DNA of 12,414 bases from an uncultured Aquificales bacterium (GTDB taxonomy: Bacteria > Thermosulfidibacterota > Thermosulfidibacteria > Thermosulfidibacterales > Thermosulfidibacteraceae): contig CAYVOC010000042.1 in the NCBI GenBank assembly GCA_964453345.1, positions 1 to 12,414 of the forward strand, written 5' to 3'. Of the stretch, positions 1-6,086 are shown piece after piece. Under the pieces are notes generated by a model, which did no database searches, was not told the origin of the DNA, and saw only the letters and a list, made by a program, of their open reading frames with translations. The first letter of the stretch is position 1; each line of letters starts with the position of its first letter. Made by a program: the position numbers and the translations under genes.

Positions 1-4
1 CCTA

Positions 5-33
5 TTGACAGGGGAGGGGTTATGGCTTATAAG
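5..33 (+). promoter_or_regulatory. sigma70-type promoter of the tRNA-Ala gene
   Basis: Perfect TTGACA (5-10), 17-nt spacer, TATAAG (28-33). A GC-rich discriminator-like stretch (GCGCCGG) follows, and the tRNA starts at 47. Confidence 0.85.
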
Positions 34-46
34 AAATAGCGCCGGT

Positions 47-122
47 GGGGCCGTGGTGCAGTTGGGAGCACGCCAGATCGGCATTCTGGAGGTCACGGGT
101 TCGAATCCCGTCGGCTCCACCA
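47..122 (+). tRNA. tRNA-Ala, anticodon GGC (80-82)
   Basis: Hand-folded 76-nt cloverleaf: acceptor GGGGCCG/CGGCTCC with the G3:U70 alanine determinant, A73 and encoded CCA; D stem GTGC/GCAC; anticodon stem CCAGA/TCTGG with loop TCGGCAT; T arm ACGGG-TTCGAAT-CCCGT. Confidence 0.97.
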
Positions 123-132
123 AATTTTTATT

Positions 133-1320
133 TTAGCTTCTGTATTCGGCGTTTATTCTGACGTAGTCGTAGGAGAGGTCGCAGGTCCACACATGGTATC
201 TGCCTTTTCCAAGCTTTAGATCCACCTTTATCTCTATCCGATCCCTTTTCATGATCTTTTTTGCCTCTTCTTCTGCCTTTTTTGATGAGAGCATGCCGCC
301 GGAGACCAGCTTGATGTTGTCGTAGTATATATCCACGATTTCGGGGTTTATCTCTGCACCAGATGCGCCTAAGGCCCCCATTATTCTGCCCCAGTTGGGA
401 TCTTCTCCGAAAAGGGCTGTCTTGAAGAGAAGAGAGTTTGCAATTTTTCTCGCTGCTTTTTCTGCATCCTCTTCCGATGGGGCTCCTTCCACGACCACCT
501 TGACCACCTTTGTCGCCCCTTCGCCGTCGCTGACTATCATCAGGGCTAAGCTTTCGCATAGCCTTGTGAGTGCATCTTTGAATCTGCTATACAGTTCCGA
601 TGGCAGGGGCCTTCCCGTTTTTGAGAAGAGCATCACCGTGTCGTTGGTGGACTGATCCCCATCAACGCTTATCCTGTTGAAGCTTGCGTTTACTGCTTCC
701 TTTAGCGCCTTTTGCAGAACATCGGCCGGAAGTTCCACATCCGTTGTTATAAAGGCCAGCATGGTGGCCATGTTTGGATATATCATTCCCGCTCCCTTTG
801 CGCATCCTCCGATGCGGAATCTGAAGTCCCTTTCCTCAACCTCCACAGCCAAGGTTTTTGGATGGGTGTCTGTGGTGAGTATGGATCGGCTGAAGTCGCC
901 ATCCTCTTCCGATAGCGCCTGGACTGCTAATGGAATTCCCTCCCTTATTTTGTCCATGGGTAGAGGTTCTCCTATTACGCCGGTGGAGCATACCAAAATT
1001 TCGTCCTCCGGGATGCCGAGGTGCCGGGCTGCCAGTTTTGCCATTTCCTTTGCGTCCTCTATTCCCTTCATGCCCGTGCAGCAGTTGGCGTTGCCGCTGT
1101 TTACAACAACACCTCTGAACAGATCCTTCTCTTTCAGCTTCCTCTGGCTGACAATCACGGGAGCGGCCTTGACCCTGTTTGTTGTGAAGACTGCCGCCAC
1201 CCTGCAGGGTTCGTCCGAGCAGAGTAATCCCAAATCGAGTCCTTCCTTTTTTATGCCGCATCTTATCCCGGAAGACTTGAATCCTTCGGGGAAGCAGACG
1301 CTTTTCTTTATCCATTTCAT
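133..1320 (-). CDS. argJ: ArgJ, glutamate N-acetyltransferase / ornithine acetyltransferase (395 aa)
   Basis: Motifs NSGNANCCTG, STGVIG, KGAGMIYPNMATML (autoproteolytic A|T site), DGDQSTNDT, DGEGATK, DPNWGR. Start moved to the ATG at 1320, which has a GGGAGG SD and lies 2 nt after the epimerase stop. Confidence 0.96.
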   Translation of the reverse strand: MKWIKKSVCFPEGFKSSGIRCGIKKEGLDLGLLCSDEPCRVAAVFTTNRVKAAPVIVSQRKLKEKDLFRGVVVNSGNANCCTGMKGIEDAKEMAKLAARHLGIPEDEILVCSTGVIGEPLPMDKIREGIPLAVQALSEEDGDFSRSILTTDTHPKTLAVEVEERDFRFRIGGCAKGAGMIYPNMATMLAFITTDVELPADVLQKALKEAVNASFNRISVDGDQSTNDTVMLFSKTGRPLPSELYSRFKDALTRLCESLALMIVSDGEGATKVVKVVVEGAPSEEDAEKAARKIANSLLFKTALFGEDPNWGRIMGALGASGAEINPEIVDIYYDNIKLVSGGMLSSKKAEEEAKKIMKRDRIEIKVDLKLGKGRYHVWTCDLSYDYVRINAEYRS

Positions 1321-1322
1321 CT

Positions 1323-2300
1323 TCAGTCCTCCCACTCCTTGAGTCTTTTCACAAGCTCCCAGTTCTCTTTAAACCATTCAACTGTTCTTTTTATGCCCTC
1401 TTCCAGTTCAACTGTTGGCGTCCATCCAAGCAGCCTTTTTGCCTTTTCTATATCCGCCCAGGTTTTTTTAAGATCCGCTTTGTGGAAGGGTTTGTATTCT
1501 ATCTCCGCCTCTTTCTCAGTGTATTTCTCTATCAGCTCTATCATCTCCATGAGTCTGTGGGGTTTGTTGTTGCCCAGGTTTATTATCTGGTATCCCACCC
1601 TTTTATAGGTCGCGAGGAGGGTTCCCCTTGCTATGTCATCAACGTATGTGAAGTCCCTCTCCTGGTTGCCGTCTCCGTATACGGTTATGGGTCTTCCCTG
1701 CAGGATCCTCTTTATGAAGATGAAGCAGCTCATGTCCGGTCTTCCTGCAGGGCCGTATACGGTGAAGTATCTCACCACTGAGACGTCTATGCCGTATAGG
1801 TAGTGATAGGTGTAGCACATGACCTCTGCCGCCTTTTTACTTGCGGCATAGGGGGATATGGGTTCGTTTACGGGTAGGTCTTCCCTGAAGGGGGTTGGCT
1901 GTCCGGCGTATATGGATGAGGTTGATGCGAGCACGAACTTTTCCACACTGTATTTTTTGCACAGCTCCAGCAGGTTTAAGGTTCCCACGGCGTTGGTGCT
2001 CATATACACGAAGGGATCCTTCAGGCTTGCCCTTACCCCTGCTCTTGCGGCCAGGTTCACCACTGCGTCGGGTTGAAATCTTTTGAATAGCGCATCCATG
2101 TGATCCCTGTCCTCCACATCCCCCTGGACAAAGCTGAAGTTCTCCTCTTTTTTCAGCCCTTCGAGTCGGTATCTTTTAAGGTTCGGATCGTAGTAGTCGT
2201 TAAGGTTGTCGACGCCGAGGACCTGATGCCCCTCCCTGAGGAAGAGTTCAGCAGTCTTCCACCCTATGAATCCGGCGGCTCCCGTCAGAAGTATCCTCAT
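1323..2300 (-). CDS. Extended-SDR NAD-dependent nucleotide-sugar epimerase, UDP-glucuronate 4-epimerase (CapI/WbnF)-like
   Basis: N-terminal TGAAGFIG Rossmann motif, LAARAGVR, STSSIY, catalytic YAASK and RYFTVYGPAGRPDM. AAGGAGG SD upstream of the ATG. The exact substrate is uncertain. Confidence 0.9.
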   Translation of the reverse strand: MRILLTGAAGFIGWKTAELFLREGHQVLGVDNLNDYYDPNLKRYRLEGLKKEENFSFVQGDVEDRDHMDALFKRFQPDAVVNLAARAGVRASLKDPFVYMSTNAVGTLNLLELCKKYSVEKFVLASTSSIYAGQPTPFREDLPVNEPISPYAASKKAAEVMCYTYHYLYGIDVSVVRYFTVYGPAGRPDMSCFIFIKRILQGRPITVYGDGNQERDFTYVDDIARGTLLATYKRVGYQIINLGNNKPHRLMEMIELIEKYTEKEAEIEYKPFHKADLKKTWADIEKAKRLLGWTPTVELEEGIKRTVEWFKENWELVKRLKEWED

Positions 2301-2327
2301 CTTGGCCTCCTTTTTCTGGGTTAGGAT

Positions 2328-2356
2328 AGATTAGATCAGCTTTTAACGGTTGACAA
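2328..2356 (-). promoter_or_regulatory. Candidate sigma70 promoter for the epimerase-argJ operon
   Basis: On the minus strand: TTGTCA (2356-2351), 17-nt spacer, TAATCT (2333-2328), upstream of the epimerase SD. A second candidate, an extended -10 TGTTATACT, lies at 2386-2378. Confidence 0.5.
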
Positions 2357-2438
2357 CACGGCTTGAAAGTAAGAAATAGTATAACAGGCTTTTTAAGCCC
2401 TTTCCCAGAGCCTGTAAAAGCTCCAAAGGAGGTGCCCT

Positions 2439-3623
2439 ATGAAGATCTGGCTGGTGGGGATGTATGGTGCGGTGGCGACCACCACGGTTGCCGGCGCAGT
2501 TGCCCTTCAGAAGGGGTTGATAGGTGATACCGGTCTTGTTTCTGCCAAGGAAGAGTTCAGCGGGATAGAGAAGTATGCGGACATCACCTCCCTGAGGTTT
2601 GGGGGACATGAGATAAGGAATCTTGAGTGGTCCATGTATGAGGCTACCAAGGAGCATCTTGACTACAATGAACACTTCTCGCGTTCAATCTTTGAGGGTA
2701 TAGCTGATGATCTGAAGGGACTCAGGGCCAAAAAGGGAACGGCCATCAACTGCGGTTCGGGGGTCAAGGATTTTGAAAATGTGAGTCTTCTGGAGGATGA
2801 GGGCCTGAGCCTGTCTGAGATAGTGGATCGCATAACCAAGGATCTCGAGGAGTTTGCGGACGATGAGACTGTGGTTATAAATGTTGCCTCCACCGAACCT
2901 GTGGCGCCCTACAGTGAGGAGTATCATTCTACCCTGGCGGGCTTCGAGAGGATGATCAAGGAGAACAAAAAAGAGTTTGCAACGGCCAGTATGCTTTACG
3001 CCTATGCGGCCCTCAAGCTGGGGATCCCCTACGGGAACTTTACCCCGAGTGCAGGGTCCTCCATTCCTGCGTTGAAGGAGCTTGCGGAGAAGAATGGTGT
3101 TCCCCATGCGGGGAATGATGGTAAAACCGGCGAGACCTTTATGAAGACCACCATGGCCCCGGGTTTCCTATACAGGAATCTGAAGATAGCGGGCTGGATG
3201 AGCTATAATATTCTGGGTGATTACGATGGGATGGTGCTGAATCATAAGGACAACAAGGAGAGCAAGATCATTTCCAAGGACAGCACCCTTTCGAAACTTC
3301 TCGGATACAGTCCCTATACAATAACGGAGATAAACTTCTTCCCGAGCCTCTACGATAACAAGACCGCCTTCAATTTCATCCACTTCGAGGGGTTCCTGGG
3401 CAAGAAGATGAAGCTATACTTTATCTGGGACGGTATAGATGCCATACTTGCGGCGCCTCTGGTTATAGATATCGCGAGATTCCTGCTCTTTGCCAAAAAG
3501 AAGGGGATAAGGGGCGTTGTTAAGGAGATGGCTTTCTTCTTCAAGAGTCCCCTTGAGACCGATATTGTGAATACACACCAGCAGTATGAGATGTTGGTGG
3601 AATGGTTCAGGAGAAACCTGTAG
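2439..3623 (+). CDS. ino1: myo-inositol-1-phosphate synthase (MIPS/IPS), 394 aa
   Basis: N-terminal NAD-binding segment (WLVGMYGAVATT) and MIPS core motifs NVASTE, GNDGKTGET, NILGDYDG, SKIISK, DNK, DAILAAPLVID, FFFKSP. AAAGGAGG SD at 2425-2432. Confidence 0.95.
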   Translation: MKIWLVGMYGAVATTTVAGAVALQKGLIGDTGLVSAKEEFSGIEKYADITSLRFGGHEIRNLEWSMYEATKEHLDYNEHFSRSIFEGIADDLKGLRAKKGTAINCGSGVKDFENVSLLEDEGLSLSEIVDRITKDLEEFADDETVVINVASTEPVAPYSEEYHSTLAGFERMIKENKKEFATASMLYAYAALKLGIPYGNFTPSAGSSIPALKELAEKNGVPHAGNDGKTGETFMKTTMAPGFLYRNLKIAGWMSYNILGDYDGMVLNHKDNKESKIISKDSTLSKLLGYSPYTITEINFFPSLYDNKTAFNFIHFEGFLGKKMKLYFIWDGIDAILAAPLVIDIARFLLFAKKKGIRGVVKEMAFFFKSPLETDIVNTHQQYEMLVEWFRRNL

Positions 3624-4909
3624 CGGTAATACTTGCTGCGGGCATGGGAACAAGGATGGGAGGAGGGGTCGCCAAGCCCCTCCTCCCGCTTTTTGGCATC
3701 CCCATAGTTGAGCACACCATCAGGGCACTCCTTGAAAGGGGATACAGGATTGTTGTTGTCTATCACAACCCTGCCATTGCCGAGTATATTGAGCGGAACT
3801 TTCCCGATATAGAGCTTATCTATAACCCCCATCCTGAAAGGGAGAATGGATACAGCCTTTATCTTGCCTCTCGCAAGGTAAAGGAGGACTTTCTGCTTGT
3901 TATGTCCGATCACTACTACACTGAGGCCTTTTTTGAGGCGTTGCCGGATTCCTTTGATGTGAGTCTGGCTGTCTTGAGCAGATACTGCCACGATCCGGAT
4001 GAGGCCACAAAGGTGAAGGTGGACGGAGACAGGGTTGTGGCCATATCAAAGGATCTGTCGGATTACGATCTCTTTGATACGGGCATGTTCCTCTGCAAGG
4101 AGGAGATTTTTGAGTGCGCCCGGGAGCTTGTTGAAAGGAAGGAAAAGATCAAGCTTGCGGAGATATTTCAGCTTCTGGCGGATCGGGGAAGACTTTCTTA
4201 CCTCGAGGTCGATGGCAAGTGGATTGATATCGATGCTCCATGGGAGCTTGAGCTTGCGGAAAGAATAGTTAAGGAATCTTTGATAAAGAATGAGGATGGG
4301 ATAATCTCCAGAAGGTTTAACCGCCACATATCGGTTGAGATAACGAAAAGGCTTGCAGCATACAGATTTATCACCCCGAACAGACTCACGGTTTTCTCCT
4401 TCTGCATGGGGCTTGTTGCCGCCCTGCTTTTCGCTGCAGGTCATCCCTTCTGGGGCGGCCTTTGGGCGCAGCTTACGTCCATAGTTGATGGCTGTGATGG
4501 CGAGCTGGCAAGGCTGAGGCACATGAGAAGCAGATTCGGCGCCGTCCTTGATTCCACCACCGATAGATACGCCGATGCCTTTATTATGCTGGGAATTCTC
4601 TGGGGGCTTCCCCTAAGTAGGTTTAATCTACTGGGATTCTTTTTTGCTGTAACCGGGGTGATAATCTTCAGTTATGTGTGGCATCTTACCCGTATAAGGG
4701 TGAGGGTGGGGGGAAGGGATCTCAGGCTGTTTATGGTGATGGTCGGGGGGATTCTGGGTTCTCTAAGCCAGGTGTTTTTGAGCGTTACCCTCTGGTCTGT
4801 GGGGCTGGTGGCCCACTTGTGCGCCTCTCTTTCGCTGTATAAATTATTTGTTGAAGAGAATGAAAAGACCCAGCACTATAAATCCAACGCCCGCAACGGT
4901 CTTTATTAA
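3602..4909 (+). CDS. Bifunctional CTP:inositol-1-phosphate cytidylyltransferase / CDP-alcohol phosphotransferase (IPCT/DIPPS-type)
   Basis: N-terminal NTP-transferase domain ([40 protein letters not shown]). Linker [10 protein letters not shown], then TPN, the CDP-AP signature DGCDGELAR...G...D...D and about 6 hydrophobic helices. Overlaps the ino1 3' end by 22 nt. Confidence 0.92.
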   Translation: MVQEKPVAVILAAGMGTRMGGGVAKPLLPLFGIPIVEHTIRALLERGYRIVVVYHNPAIAEYIERNFPDIELIYNPHPERENGYSLYLASRKVKEDFLLVMSDHYYTEAFFEALPDSFDVSLAVLSRYCHDPDEATKVKVDGDRVVAISKDLSDYDLFDTGMFLCKEEIFECARELVERKEKIKLAEIFQLLADRGRLSYLEVDGKWIDIDAPWELELAERIVKESLIKNEDGIISRRFNRHISVEITKRLAAYRFITPNRLTVFSFCMGLVAALLFAAGHPFWGGLWAQLTSIVDGCDGELARLRHMRSRFGAVLDSTTDRYADAFIMLGILWGLPLSRFNLLGFFFAVTGVIIFSYVWHLTRIRVRVGGRDLRLFMVMVGGILGSLSQVFLSVTLWSVGLVAHLCASLSLYKLFVEENEKTQHYKSNARNGLY

Positions 4910-5113
4910 CCTCTCGGGAAGGTGGCTTCCTAAAAACTCTCCCAGCAGAGCCGCTATGAGGGTTGAAAGAACCAATGCAGCCGATGCACCCAGAAAGACC
5001 TCGGTGAACCTCTTGCTGCTTGAGGCACCAAGCAGGACCGCCATCTGGGTTTTATCCCCCAGCTCCGCCAGAAACACAACAACGAAGGTGCTTATGAGAA
5101 GTTTCCAGTCCAC
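4844..5113 (-). CDS. Half-size GDT1/TMEM165 (UPF0016) family membrane protein, putative Mn2+/Ca2+ transporter (89 aa, GTG start)
   Basis: Family motif [10 protein letters not shown] (E-x-G-D-K-T), three hydrophobic segments and a typical C-terminal ending (AGVGFIVLG). Confidence 0.9.
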   Translation of the reverse strand: MDWKLLISTFVVVFLAELGDKTQMAVLLGASSSKRFTEVFLGASAALVLSTLIAALLGEFLGSHLPERLIKTVAGVGFIVLGLFILFNK

Positions 5114-5119
5114 AGGTTA

Positions 5120-5148
5120 ATGATAACTTTGTGAGAGGTTGAAGTAAA
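5120..5148 (-). promoter_or_regulatory. Candidate promoter for a leaderless GDT1-family transcript
   Basis: On the minus strand: TTTACT (5148-5143), 17-nt spacer, TATCAT (5125-5120), 6 nt, then the GTG start at 5113. No SD is present. Confidence 0.55.
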
Positions 5149-5149
5149 G

Positions 5150-5512
5150 ATGGGAAAAAGGGTCGTCCCTACCGGAAATTTTAAGATTGAAAGGAATAGA
5201 AACAAATTGTTCTTCTACCCCAATGGCCCTTTGAAGGAGCCGGGGATCTTCTTCGTGGCGGAGAGAAAAAAAGATGGTTCCTATTTGCTTCACGACAACG
5301 GGACCATCATGGAGGCATCTCTCAGGGATGCCATGGATGCGGTTGATGTGATTAGAGAGCTGCGTTTCGGAACAGCGGCGTCCGGCTTCAGGTTCAGAGA
5401 CGGCAGGGTTTTTACCAAGGTGGGAGAGGATGGCCTGGTGGATGCGGTCAGGAGGCTTGAAAGACTCGCTTCGGAGATCTATCATAAATCAACCTCTGGT
5501 TTAGGAGGATGA
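5150..5512 (+). CDS. Hypothetical protein, 120 aa, possible DUF1828-like domain
   Basis: GAGAGG SD-like site at 5133-5138. The stop lies 1 nt before the nitroreductase ATG and codon style matches the neighbours. The segment IFFVAE...DGSYLLHDNGTI resembles the DUF1828 pattern (recollection only). Confidence 0.7.
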   Translation: MGKRVVPTGNFKIERNRNKLFFYPNGPLKEPGIFFVAERKKDGSYLLHDNGTIMEASLRDAMDAVDVIRELRFGTAASGFRFRDGRVFTKVGEDGLVDAVRRLERLASEIYHKSTSGLGG

Positions 5513-5513
5513 T

Positions 5514-6086
5514 ATGGAGCTTAGGGAGGCTATTCTTGGCAGAAGAAGCGTTCGCAGATACAAGCCCGATCCCGTTCCGAAGGAGGTTATAGAGGATATA
5601 ATGAACCACGCCATATGGGCTCCCTCCGGCATGAACAGGCAGAACTGGTATTTTATTGTCGCCACAGGAGAGTGGCGGGACAGGGTGGTTGAGATATGCA
5701 GGAGGGCCTACGAGGAGTATATAGGCAAAAAGGTTGAGAAGGTTTTTCAGCACAAGCCACATGTGATCAGGGAGACCAAGAGCTTTTTCGCCACACTTGG
5801 AGGTGCCCCCGTTGTTATTCTGGCCTTTGCGGACCCCGGTCCGGAAAGCGAGAGAACCGATATACAGAGTGTGGCTGCGGCCATACAGAACCTGCTTCTT
5901 TTAGCCTATGAGAAGGGGCTTGGAACGTGCTGGATGACGGGTCCCATATCCCACGCTGAGGAGTTCAAGAAACTTTTCGGAGTTGAGGACAAAAATTTTG
6001 TGGCTCTGGTGACCCTCGGGTATCCGGATGAGAAGCCTAAGGTCCCTCCGAGAAGGGAGGGAAGGATACGCTATGTTGGTTTTTAG
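5514..6086 (+). CDS. Nitroreductase-family FMN-dependent oxidoreductase
   Basis: RRSVRRY FMN-binding start, WAPSGMNRQNW, AAIQNLLLLA, GLGTCW and LVTLGYP. AGGAGG SD at 5503-5508. Confidence 0.93.
   Translation: MELREAILGRRSVRRYKPDPVPKEVIEDIMNHAIWAPSGMNRQNWYFIVATGEWRDRVVEICRRAYEEYIGKKVEKVFQHKPHVIRETKSFFATLGGAPVVILAFADPGPESERTDIQSVAAAIQNLLLLAYEKGLGTCWMTGPISHAEEFKKLFGVEDKNFVALVTLGYPDEKPKVPPRREGRIRYVGF

Noticed and set aside
78..82. Reading the anticodon as CGG (Pro) or TCG (Arg)
   Set aside because: The perfect CCAGA/TCTGG stem centres GGC in a 7-nt loop, and G3:U70 plus A73 specify alanine.
47..135. tRNA as the integration site of a genomic island
   Set aside because: No integrase, no duplicated tRNA 3' end noticed in the window, and the housekeeping gene argJ abuts the tRNA directly.
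1321..1335. ORF-track argJ start at 1335 (MGGLK extension)
   Set aside because: This segment contains the SD (GGGAGG) for the ATG at 1320 and overlaps the epimerase end.
677..1342. 221-aa plus-strand ORF and other short ORFs over argJ and the epimerase
   Set aside because: Antisense or alternate-frame shadows of well-supported genes, with low-information S/P/R-rich translations and no motifs.
2343..4522. Minus-strand ORFs 2343-2675, 2685-3107, 3350-3991, 4046-4522
   Set aside because: They lie antisense to ino1 and IPCT/DIPPS and show no recognisable domains.
4848..5120. 90-aa plus-strand ORF as a third gene of the inositol operon
   Set aside because: It is the antisense of the GDT1-family gene, which has the diagnostic ELGDKT motif. 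No phosphatase motif is present.
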